Source of the DNA: Snowella sp.
GTDB taxonomy: Bacteria; Cyanobacteriota; Cyanobacteriia; Cyanobacteriales; Microcystaceae
DNA: 25,748 nucleotides
Direction: 5' to 3'
Assembly (NCBI GenBank): GCA_035285545.1
Contig: JAYKGY010000103.1
Span: 1-25,748, forward strand
This document shows positions 18,054 to 25,748 of the stretch, piece after piece. The notes under the pieces are model-generated. The model saw only the letters and a list, made by a program, of their open reading frames with translations, had not been told where the DNA came from and did no database searches. The translations under genes and the position numbers were made by a program. Position 1 is the first letter of the stretch, and the number at the start of each line of letters is the position of its first letter.

Positions 18054-19577
18054 ATGATTTTTCCAGAGTTTTCTCAGTTTTCAGCCCTGGCAAAGCAGGG
18101 TAATTTTATCCCCGTTTATCAGGAGTGGGTCGCCGATTTAGAAACCCCCGTTTCTGCTTGGTATAAGGTTTGTACGGGTCAACCCTACAGTTTTTTGCTT
18201 GAGTCGGTTGAAGGTGGAGAAAAACTCGGTCGTTACAGTTTTTTAGGATGTGATCCGGTTTGGGTACTAGAAGCCAGAGGAAATCAGACAACCCAATCCT
18301 TTCGCAATGGGGAAAGCCAGGTTTTTGAGGGCAACCCGCTTGAAGTTTTAGCTGATTGTTTGGAACCGATTCATCCCGTTAAGCTTCCCCAGTTACCGGC
18401 GGGAATTGGCGGTTTATTTGGATTTTGGGGTTACGAGTTAATTCAGTGGATGGAACCCCGTGTGCCTGTTTATGCTCCCACGGAAACTGATTTACCCGAT
18501 GGGGTGTGGATGCAAATTGATCATCTGATGATTTTTGATCAGGTAAAACGAAAGATTTGGGCGATCGCCTATGCGGATTTACGGGGTGAGAATGTGGATC
18601 TAGAGGCTGCCTATCAAGAAGCCTGCGATCGCGTCACCAAGTTAGTCCTGAAACTCCAATTACCCTTACCCCCAGAAGCCACATCCTTAGAACTCCATCC
18701 CCGGCCTTTAGGTAATCAGAATCTGTGTTACAGCAGCAATGTCAGTCGGGAACAGTTTTGTGAAAATGTAATCAAAGCCAAGGATTACATCAAAGCAGGA
18801 GATATTTTTCAGGTTGTTCTGTCCCAACGTCTGGCTGCAACCTATAGCGACGCGCCGTTTAACCTCTACCGTTCCCTACGGTTAATTAATCCTTCGCCCT
18901 ACATGGCCTATTTTAATCTCAAAAATTGGCAGATTATCGGTTCCAGCCCAGAAGTCATGGTCAAGGCTGAACGCCTAGAAGACGGCAAAATCCAAGCCAC
19001 CGTCCGACCGATCGCGGGAACGAGAAAACGGGGAGCCACCGCCGCCGAAGATCAGGCACTCGCTGAAGAGCTATTGGAAGATCCGAAAGAAATTGCCGAA
19101 CACATCATGTTAGTGGATTTAGGGCGTAACGACTTAGGACGGGTCTGTACCCAGGGCAGCGTTAGGGTTGATGAATTGATGGTGATTGAACGCTATTCCC
19201 ATGTCATGCACATTGTTAGTAACGTGGTGGGAGAATTAGCCCCTGATAAAATCGCCTGGGATTTGCTCAAAGCCTGTTTCCCCGCAGGAACCGTCAGTGG
19301 GGCCCCCAAAATTCGCGCGATGGAAATTATCCATGAACTGGAACCCGAACGCCGTGGCCCCTATTCTGGGGTTTATGGTTACTATGATTTTGAAGGTCAG
19401 TTAAATTCCGCGATCGCCATTCGGACAATGGTGGTTAGACCCCAGGGCAATAATCAGCATTTGGTAACGGTACAAGCAGGGGCTGGACTAGTAGCTGACT
19501 CCGATCCCCAAAAAGAGTATGAAGAAACTATCAATAAAGCCAGAGGTTTACTAGAAGCGATTCGTTGTTTAACTTAA
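18054..19577 (+). CDS. trpE: Anthranilate synthase component I
   Basis: DLETPVSAW, FLLESVEGGEKLGRYSF, GDIFQVVLSQR, NPSPYM, RPIAGTR, EHIMLVDLGRND, FPAGTVSGAPK and QAGAGLVADS. Confidence 0.97.
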   Translation: MIFPEFSQFSALAKQGNFIPVYQEWVADLETPVSAWYKVCTGQPYSFLLESVEGGEKLGRYSFLGCDPVWVLEARGNQTTQSFRNGESQVFEGNPLEVLADCLEPIHPVKLPQLPAGIGGLFGFWGYELIQWMEPRVPVYAPTETDLPDGVWMQIDHLMIFDQVKRKIWAIAYADLRGENVDLEAAYQEACDRVTKLVLKLQLPLPPEATSLELHPRPLGNQNLCYSSNVSREQFCENVIKAKDYIKAGDIFQVVLSQRLAATYSDAPFNLYRSLRLINPSPYMAYFNLKNWQIIGSSPEVMVKAERLEDGKIQATVRPIAGTRKRGATAAEDQALAEELLEDPKEIAEHIMLVDLGRNDLGRVCTQGSVRVDELMVIERYSHVMHIVSNVVGELAPDKIAWDLLKACFPAGTVSGAPKIRAMEIIHELEPERRGPYSGVYGYYDFEGQLNSAIAIRTMVVRPQGNNQHLVTVQAGAGLVADSDPQKEYEETINKARGLLEAIRCLT

Positions 19578-19683
19578 TTGCAGAAGATAGGATGATCTCA
19601 AGTAAGGTGTTTTCTTTTTTGAGCAATAATAAAGAATTAACCCTGATTTATACTGTGTTTAAAATAAATGCTGCAATAACCTT

Positions 19684-19989
19684 ATGACAATTACGATAGA
19701 AACGGATTTAAAGGAAGTATTAGGCGAAATCAAACAACAGCTTAACGCCATACAAGGAGACATTAACGATCTCAAGATCGATGTGGCAACGGTAAAGACA
19801 ACCGTTAACTCCTTAGATGCAACGGCCCATTCTCTTGAAAATCGAATTGAAAACATAGAAATAGAGCAAAAAAATTTAATCAAGGATATAGCCGACCTAA
19901 AAGGAGCAAAATCTTTGATTATTCCCATTATTGTCGCCGTTACCACCAGCTTGATTACGCTTTTAATTCGGGCAATTCCTAATCCTTAA
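19684..19989 (+). CDS. Small coiled-coil protein with a C-terminal TM anchor, function unknown
   Basis: Heptad pattern over about 70 aa (LKEVLGEIKQQLNAIQGDINDLKIDVATVK...), then hydrophobic LIIPIIVAVTTSLITLLI. Confidence 0.8.
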   Translation: MTITIETDLKEVLGEIKQQLNAIQGDINDLKIDVATVKTTVNSLDATAHSLENRIENIEIEQKNLIKDIADLKGAKSLIIPIIVAVTTSLITLLIRAIPNP

Positions 19990-20013
19990 ACCCTAAATTT
20001 CAATTAATTATTA

Positions 20014-20994
20014 ATGTTAGCTCATCAAAAACTATTGCTATCCAAAATGGGATGCGGAACCTGGGCATGGGGGAATCGATTGCTCTGGGACTACAACGAA
20101 AGCATGGATCAGGAACTACAAACCGTTTTTAATCTCTGTGTTGAAAATGGGGTGACGCTCTTTGATACGGGAGATTCCTATGGAACGGGTCGTCTAAACG
20201 GTCGCAGTGAAAGCCTTTTAGGACAATTTGCCCAACAATGCCCAGCCCCCAATCGAGATGCGATTTGTATTGCAACTAAACTGGCTCCCTATCCCTGGCG
20301 ATTAACCCGTCAATCTTTTATTAATGCTTGTCATGCTTCAACAAAACGCTTAGGCAGGAATGTTGATTTGGTGCAGATGCATTGGTCAACAGCGAATTAT
20401 GCCCCTTGGCAAGAGTGGGCGTTATTGGATGGGCTGGCGGATTTGTACGAACAGGGTTTAGTGAAAGCGGTCGGTTTATCGAACTACGGGCCCAAACGGC
20501 TGGCAAAAGTACAAAAAAAATTTGCAGAACGGAACATTCCCATTGCGACCTTGCAAGTTCAATATTCTTTGCTTTCTACCTATCCTGTGACTCAACTCGG
20601 CTTAAAAGACGTGTGTGATCAAGCAGGGATTCAATTGATCGCCTACAGTCCGCTCGCCTTGGGATTACTAACCGGAAAATATACTGCCCAAGGACCTTGG
20701 CCTAAAGGGATTCGCAAAGGCTTATTTAAACAAATCTTGCCCAATACCCAACCGTTGTTAAATACGTTACAAGCAGTGGCCCAAGAACGGGAAAAAACAA
20801 TGGCCCAAGTTGCCTTGAATTGGTGTATGGCGAAAGGAACCATTCCGATTCCTGGGGCAAAAACCCTTGAACAAGCTAAACAGAATTTAGGCGCGATCGC
20901 CTGGGAATTGAATACGGGGGAAGTGGCAGAATTGGATCGGGCTGCGGCAAATGTGAGTAAAACCATGGTTCAAAATATCTTTCAAACTCAATAA
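20014..20994 (+). CDS. Aldo/keto reductase
   Basis: GCGTWAWG, FDTGDSYG, IATK, QMHW, AVGLSNY, QVQYSLL, AYSPLALGLLTGKY and PIPGAK. Confidence 0.93.
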   Translation: MLAHQKLLLSKMGCGTWAWGNRLLWDYNESMDQELQTVFNLCVENGVTLFDTGDSYGTGRLNGRSESLLGQFAQQCPAPNRDAICIATKLAPYPWRLTRQSFINACHASTKRLGRNVDLVQMHWSTANYAPWQEWALLDGLADLYEQGLVKAVGLSNYGPKRLAKVQKKFAERNIPIATLQVQYSLLSTYPVTQLGLKDVCDQAGIQLIAYSPLALGLLTGKYTAQGPWPKGIRKGLFKQILPNTQPLLNTLQAVAQEREKTMAQVALNWCMAKGTIPIPGAKTLEQAKQNLGAIAWELNTGEVAELDRAAANVSKTMVQNIFQTQ

Positions 20995-21027
20995 AATCGA
21001 ATATCCAACCCTTACCGAATTTCACGC

Positions 21028-21132
21028 TACAGCACTGACCGAGATCTTGATACATGGTTTTTCCTCTAAAAGCCCTGCTTCATAAGTATTTCAAGTTTTT
21101 ATTTGTACGCTGTAATTAAGCAAAGTGCTGTA
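21028..21132. mobile_element. Probable 105-bp MITE / IS630-type non-autonomous element
   Basis: Terminal inverted repeats TACAGCACT (21028-21036) and AGTGCTGTA (21124-21132), with TA at both outer ends. A second TACA/TGTA lies about 24 bp inside each end. The interior is non-coding. Confidence 0.55.
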
Positions 21133-21385
21133 ATAGGCAATGAGAGGAATGCCTTGAGTTTGTAACAAGAATTGGCTGATTTAGGTGGCTTATTCTGTCC
21201 CCTCAATTCAATTAAATAGCTGGGAATTTTTGATTAACTAAGAGTTGATAAATTCTCAATTTGAAGCCAATCATTTTTAAGTTGAGAATGCTTGTTATCG
21301 TTTGTTTTAAGGGAGATCACTCCAATTTTTTGCCCCAAATGTTATAAGATAGATCTGTTTGCAACCTAAAGAAAACTGAACAAAA

Positions 21386-22363
21386 ATGGATATTAAAAGT
21401 GGCTTTGTTGGAACCGTTGGCAATACTCCTCTGATTCGTTTAAACAGTTTTAGTGACGAAACAGGTTGTGAAATTTTAGGCAAAGCAGAATTCTTAAATC
21501 CTGGTGGTTCCGTTAAAGATCGAGCGGCTTTAGAAATCATCGAAGAAGCAGAACAGCAGGGATTGCTCAAGCCAGGTGGAACGGTTGTGGAAGGAACGGC
21601 GGGCAATACAGGCATCGGTTTAGCCCACATTTGCAATGCGAAAGGCTATAAATGTTTAATTGTCATTCCTAATACCCAATCCCAAGAAAAAATCGACCTC
21701 TTACGAACCCTGGGGGCAGAAGTTCGCACCGTTCCTGCTGTCCCTTATCGTGACCCGAATAATTATGTCAAACTCTCTGGGCGTATCGCCGAAGAAACCG
21801 AAAATGCGATTTGGGCTAATCAGTTCGATAATCTCGCCAATCGTCAGGCCCACTACAAAACCACAGCACCTGAAATTTGGGAACAAACCCAGGGTAAAAT
21901 CGACGCTTGGGTCGCTGCGACGGGGACTGGGGGAACCTATGCAGGCGTGTCCCTCTTTTTGAAAGAAAAAAATCCCCAGATTCAATGCGTGGTAGCCGAT
22001 CCGTTGGGGAGTGGTCTCTATAGCTACGTGAAAACGGGGGAAATTAAAATTGAAGGGAATTCTATTACAGAAGGCATTGGTAATAGTCGAATTACGGCAA
22101 ATATGCAGGATGTCCCCATTGACGATGCCATTCAGGTCAACGATACGGAGGCTTTACGAGTCATTTATCAACTGTTACGGAAAGATGGGTTGTTTATGGG
22201 GGGGTCCGTTGGCATTAACGTGGCGGCGGCGGTGGCTTTAGCGAAACAATTGGGGCCAGGTCACACGATTGTGACGGTGCTGTGTGATGGGGGTGCCCGT
22301 TATCAATCTCGTCTTTATAATGCGGATTGGTTAGCCTCGAAAGGATTGGCGATCGCGGATTAG
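21386..22363 (+). CDS. cysK: Cysteine synthase (O-acetylserine sulfhydrylase family, PLP-dependent)
   Basis: GNTPLIRL, KAEFLNPGGSVKDR (PLP Lys), EGTAGNTGIGLA, NQFDN, GTGGT and TEGIG. The cysK versus cysM subtype is not resolved. Confidence 0.9.
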   Translation: MDIKSGFVGTVGNTPLIRLNSFSDETGCEILGKAEFLNPGGSVKDRAALEIIEEAEQQGLLKPGGTVVEGTAGNTGIGLAHICNAKGYKCLIVIPNTQSQEKIDLLRTLGAEVRTVPAVPYRDPNNYVKLSGRIAEETENAIWANQFDNLANRQAHYKTTAPEIWEQTQGKIDAWVAATGTGGTYAGVSLFLKEKNPQIQCVVADPLGSGLYSYVKTGEIKIEGNSITEGIGNSRITANMQDVPIDDAIQVNDTEALRVIYQLLRKDGLFMGGSVGINVAAAVALAKQLGPGHTIVTVLCDGGARYQSRLYNADWLASKGLAIAD

Positions 22364-22403
22364 GTTTCTTTCCCTGCTAGGCGATCGCCGTTGACGGGAT
22401 GGT

Positions 22404-23177
22404 TTAGTTACTGGAATTGCCGAAGCGTAAATAGGAAGGATTTTCCCGTAAGGAGGTTCCATAGGGATTGGTTAAGTCGGCGGTACGAACCCGTGTACCT
22501 GCGGTTTGTTGACGCATCGCATCATCATAAACGGTTTCAAAAGTTAAGCCATCATTGGCAATTTGATTATCAAAGAAGGAACCGGGCCAAGTGCGCCAGC
22601 CAAAAATCTTATTCGCCTGGCCTGAAATACTGGTAATATCCCAAAAACGTCCCGTTTCATTATAAAAAGCACGATTAAACACATTGGGTAACGGCTCTCC
22701 GGGTTGTACGTTCTGCATTACCGCCATACTGCCACCACCGCCTGGTGCCGTCATCCCGAAACCTCGACCTTCCGCAATTCGGCGTTCAATTTGGGTCAGG
22801 CAGGCATTTAACCCTGCGGCGAATTCATTCCGGCTCAGGGCGCGATCGCCGCGATAGGTTCCATCGGGATAACCCACAATACAACCATAGCCTTCCACTA
22901 AATTTCTTAACGCTTCATACGACCAGCCTTGAGGCGAAACATCCCGCAGTTGATCAATGCGCGTAATTTGATTCATGACATTGGTATAGTTCGTATAATC
23001 TTGTGCCAACGCAGAGGAGGTCGTAGCCGTTGCAGGGACAGTCATCGTCGAGTTAGACGTTACAGCAGGAGTCGGCATCGGTTGGGTTTGTCCATTAGCA
23101 GCTATTCCCCAACTCAGACTGGTTACAATAAGCCCTAATTTCAACGTATTTTTGCCCGTTAGAATGCCGTTTCCCAT
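22404..23177 (-). CDS. Exported SLH-domain protein with a cyanobacterial-porin-type N-terminus but no beta-barrel
   Basis: Signal-like N-terminus; QLRDVSPQGWSYEALRNLVEGYGCIVGYPDGTYRGDRALSRNEFAAGLNACL (porin-type SLH); Gly-rich linker; about 100-aa C-terminal domain ending RTADLTNPYGTSLRENPSY. Confidence 0.85.
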   Translation of the reverse strand: MGNGILTGKNTLKLGLIVTSLSWGIAANGQTQPMPTPAVTSNSTMTVPATATTSSALAQDYTNYTNVMNQITRIDQLRDVSPQGWSYEALRNLVEGYGCIVGYPDGTYRGDRALSRNEFAAGLNACLTQIERRIAEGRGFGMTAPGGGGSMAVMQNVQPGEPLPNVFNRAFYNETGRFWDITSISGQANKIFGWRTWPGSFFDNQIANDGLTFETVYDDAMRQQTAGTRVRTADLTNPYGTSLRENPSYLRFGNSSN

Positions 23178-23409
23178 ACTAAATAACTCCTAACAACTGT
23201 TTTGCGATTCCTTACTGTGCGATCGCTAGCCAACATTGTAACCGCTAAAGCAGGATGAGCCAAGAGGAAAATCATTAAGAAAACCTGCGAATGTTAAGGG
23301 TTTGTACGGAACCACTTGATGGTTTTTGAAAAATTCGATCCCCATTTGGAAGAAAATGAAATTACTGATCCATTTTTAGCAGGGTTTTTTGCATAGCCCC
23401 TCAAATTTT

Positions 23410-24009
23410 ATGACCGCTGAGCTTCTTTCTGGTGCCGCAATTGCAACCGCTAATTTAACCGATTTACGCCCTTATTTATTGACGCTTTTTGCGAACCTTG
23501 CCTATCAAGAAGGGGATTTTGTGCTTTCCTCTGGCCAACCGAGTCAATACTATCTCAATGGCAAGAAAGTTACTTTAACGGCCAATGGAGCCTTAGCGAT
23601 CGGTCGGTTAGTGCTAGCCGAATTATCCCCCGATACCGCTGCCGTTGCGGGTTTAACCCTGGGGGCTGATCCGATTGTTTCTGCGGTCAGTGTCGTCTCT
23701 GCCTACGAAAACCGTCCTATTCCCGCTTTGATTATTCGTAAAGAAGCCAAAGGTCACGGCACTAAAGCCTACATTGAAGGCCCTGACCTACCCGCTGGGG
23801 CAAAAGTTGTGGTGCTAGAAGATGTGGTTACCACCGGCAAATCGGCCATGTTAGCAGTAGAACGGCTACGGGGAGCAGGTTATATTGTAGAGGAAGTCTT
23901 TTCCCTAATTGATCGAGAACAGGGGGGAGCCGAATTTTACCAACAACAAGGGTTAGGTTTTCGTGCCCTCTTTTCGATTCGCGATATCCAAGCGATCGCC
24001 AACGCCTGA
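23410..24009 (+). CDS. pyrE: Orotate phosphoribosyltransferase
   Basis: GDFVLSSG, GLTLGADP, RKEAKGHG and the PRPP motif VVLEDVVTTGKS. ATG 23410 is preferred. Confidence 0.96.
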   Translation: MTAELLSGAAIATANLTDLRPYLLTLFANLAYQEGDFVLSSGQPSQYYLNGKKVTLTANGALAIGRLVLAELSPDTAAVAGLTLGADPIVSAVSVVSAYENRPIPALIIRKEAKGHGTKAYIEGPDLPAGAKVVVLEDVVTTGKSAMLAVERLRGAGYIVEEVFSLIDREQGGAEFYQQQGLGFRALFSIRDIQAIANA

Positions 24010-24119
24010 ACAACACCCCCGACTCAAGAAATCTCAAGGAGAGTGCCAAGAAGGGGGATCTGTGGCATTAGGATATAGAAAGGCAATAATATATTAACCC
24101 TCATTTAAGGAGATATCCC

Positions 24120-24236
24120 GTGATCGAACCCCTGTTATTAGGTATTGTATTAGGTCTAATTCCGGTTACCTTAGCCGGACTCTTTGTTGCAGCTTACCTA
24201 CAATACAAACGCGGTAGCCAATTCGATTTAGAGTAA
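24120..24236 (+). CDS. petG: Cytochrome b6f subunit V PetG (38 aa; not in the ORF track)
   Basis: GTG start after the AAGGAG RBS; translates to [38 protein letters not shown]. Confidence 0.97.
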   Translation: MIEPLLLGIVLGLIPVTLAGLFVAAYLQYKRGSQFDLE

Positions 24237-24265
24237 CCGCGATAGCAAACGACTGATACGAAGCA

Positions 24266-24296
24266 GGGGGATTAAGGGTTTAGTCCCCCCTTATTT
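24266..24296 (+). terminator. Stem-loop between convergent petG and tsaE, probable intrinsic terminator
   Basis: GGGGGATTAA-GGGT-TTAGTCCCCC forms a 10-bp stem with one G-U pair, followed by CTTATTT. Confidence 0.55.
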
Positions 24297-24770
24297 GGGT
24301 AAATTTAACGCTTCTAAGGCGATCGCTGGCGTTCCGAACCATTGTAAAACTGCTTGACGACCATGGTTTTCCGTATGGGTCAAATCAATCTGTAAATAGG
24401 ACTTAGGCTTAACTGGTAAACGCTCTGGCCACTCAATCGCCACTAAACCCAAGGGAAATTCTTCTCCTTCCCAATAATGATTTAAATAAAGAGAAGTCAC
24501 TTCAATCGGTTCTAAGCGATACAAATCAAAATGATAGAGGGGAATTCGCCCCTCCGCATATTCATTCACCAGGGTAAATGTCGGGCTAACAATCGGATCG
24601 GTAATGCCCAGTCCTTCTCCTATGCCTTGAACCAAGGTCGTTTTCCCTGCGCCGAGATCGCCTTGAAGTAATACAATGGTTCCGGCTGGTAACTGTTCGC
24701 TTAATTGTCTGCCTAATTGTTGAGTTTCTTCGCCGCTTGCTAGGGGGACAATTAAAACATTTTGGAGCAT
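24291..24770 (-). CDS. tsaE: tRNA threonylcarbamoyladenosine biosynthesis ATPase TsaE
   Basis: LQGDLGAGKTT, SPTFTLVNEY, HFDLYRL and IEWPE. Confidence 0.96.
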   Translation of the reverse strand: MLQNVLIVPLASGEETQQLGRQLSEQLPAGTIVLLQGDLGAGKTTLVQGIGEGLGITDPIVSPTFTLVNEYAEGRIPLYHFDLYRLEPIEVTSLYLNHYWEGEEFPLGLVAIEWPERLPVKPKSYLQIDLTHTENHGRQAVLQWFGTPAIALEALNLPK

Positions 24771-24806
24771 AATTTTTGACGAAGGGTTATTAAAATACCA
24801 ACAACT

Positions 24807-25439
24807 TTAATGTTCAAAAATATCTTTATAAAATTCAAGATCGAGGGAAACCAGCACCGGAATAACTTGAAAGCATTTTTGAGCCAGATTAAAACGATCT
24901 TCCCGCATCAGCATGTCAGTTAATTTATTTCTAATAGATAATAAATAGCGCACATCATTCGCCGCATAGGTGATTTGGGTAATCGATAGACTATTGACAT
25001 TCCCCCAATCGGAGGTTTGAGCCGATTTATCTAATTCTACTTGGGCCAATTCTTGAACTAAGGTTTTTAAGCCATGACTAGAGGAATAGGTTCGGGCTAA
25101 TTTGCTGGCAATTTTAGTACAAAAGATGGGATTGGTTTTAATGCCAAAGGTGTTTTTAAGTTGGGCCACATCAAAACGGGCAAAATGGAAAACTTTAAGG
25201 GTGTCTTGACTTTCCATCAGTTGCTTTAGGTTTGGGGCTTCGGTTTGGCCACGAGTAATGCGGATGGCTGCGACGAAATCATTATGATCACAGATTTGTA
25301 CCAAACAGAGACGATCGCGTTGGGGAATTAGGCCCATTGTTTCTGTATCGACGGCGATCGCGGGAGCAGAGAGAAAGTGGGATAACAGATCCTGGGGTAA
25401 ATCCTGATCACAGACTTGAACGTTTTTTAAAGCAGCCAT
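24807..25439 (-). CDS. DEDD 3'-5' exonuclease, RNase D/NrnC-like (no HRDC domain)
   Basis: AVDTETMGL..RDRLCLVQI, FHFARFD, CTKIASKLART, DKSAQTSDW and YAANDV. Confidence 0.88.
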   Translation of the reverse strand: MAALKNVQVCDQDLPQDLLSHFLSAPAIAVDTETMGLIPQRDRLCLVQICDHNDFVAAIRITRGQTEAPNLKQLMESQDTLKVFHFARFDVAQLKNTFGIKTNPIFCTKIASKLARTYSSSHGLKTLVQELAQVELDKSAQTSDWGNVNSLSITQITYAANDVRYLLSIRNKLTDMLMREDRFNLAQKCFQVIPVLVSLDLEFYKDIFEH

Positions 25440-25608
25440 AAGCCAAAAAAGAGATAGTTAACTAACAAATAATTAAGCTAAAATCACCCTGAAACCTAAC
25501 TTTAACCTAAGCCTTAGATCAATTTAAATCAATTAAATTAAGTTAAATTAAATACTAAAGCTTAAACGATATTGGGCTAAGTATTCGACTCAATTATGAG
25601 TGAAAGTG

Positions 25609-25649
25609 GAGGAGTAAGCCAGAGGAGTAAGCCATAGGATTAAATCCTA
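25609..25649. repeat. 13-bp tandem duplication abutting a perfect palindrome
   Basis: GAGGAGTAAGCCA x2 (25609-25634), immediately followed by TAGGATT-A-AATCCTA (25635-25649). Confidence 0.8.
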
Positions 25650-25748
25650 CTATTTGGGATTGCGAAAATCACTAACACTGGGAATTTTCTTCGGTTGAGT
25701 ATTCGATTTAGGAACAGTTACGGAGGGTTTCGGGGTCGGCGTTGGGTT
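25650..25748 (-). CDS. C-terminal fragment of a gene entering from beyond the window (Pro/Thr/Lys-rich tail)
   Basis: Open frame ...NPTPTPKPSVTVPKSNTQPKKIPSVSDFRNPK followed by tandem TAG TAG. Confidence 0.55.
   Translation of the reverse strand, partial: NPTPTPKPSVTVPKSNTQPKKIPSVSDFRNPK

Noticed and set aside
19659..19946. 95-aa minus-strand ORF
   Set aside because: It is the antisense shadow of the plus-strand coiled-coil/TM gene, which has the more protein-like pattern and is co-oriented with its neighbours.
25490..25530. Pho box (PyTTAAPyPy(T/A) x3, 11-bp period)
   Set aside because: Only one unit (TTTAACCT) matches well, and the orientation is opposite to the adjacent gene.

Overview
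Cyanobacterial chromosome segment, judged from roughly 40 HIP1 octamers (GCGATCGC) and the psaD, petL, petG, nblB and cpcS/U-family genes. Most of it is core housekeeping: tRNA-Gly(GCC), rlmN, a degenerate PilB-like ATPase, an M23 peptidase, aroB, pyrB, psaD-trpE, an aldo/keto reductase, cysteine synthase, an SLH protein, pyrE, tsaE and an RNase D/NrnC-like exonuclease. petL and petG are absent from the supplied ORF track. The best candidate for an undescribed system is a tightly coupled three-gene minus-strand cassette (7099-10340). It encodes a MocD-like membrane di-iron oxygenase, a MekB/MetX-like alpha/beta hydrolase and a GlnT/GmaS-type gamma-glutamyl-amine ligase, without the mgs/mgd genes that usually accompany gmaS. 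It may be a compact route for recovering nitrogen from methylated amines. Other notable items are a 1005-aa caspase-like/nSTAND1/TM/pentapeptide NLR-like protein, a decayed island edge at the tRNA-Gly 3' end (thermonuclease remnant plus a probable IS end), a probable MITE, and a long heptamer-repeat hairpin between psaD and trpE. All family assignments come from motif recognition by eye; no database searches were run.
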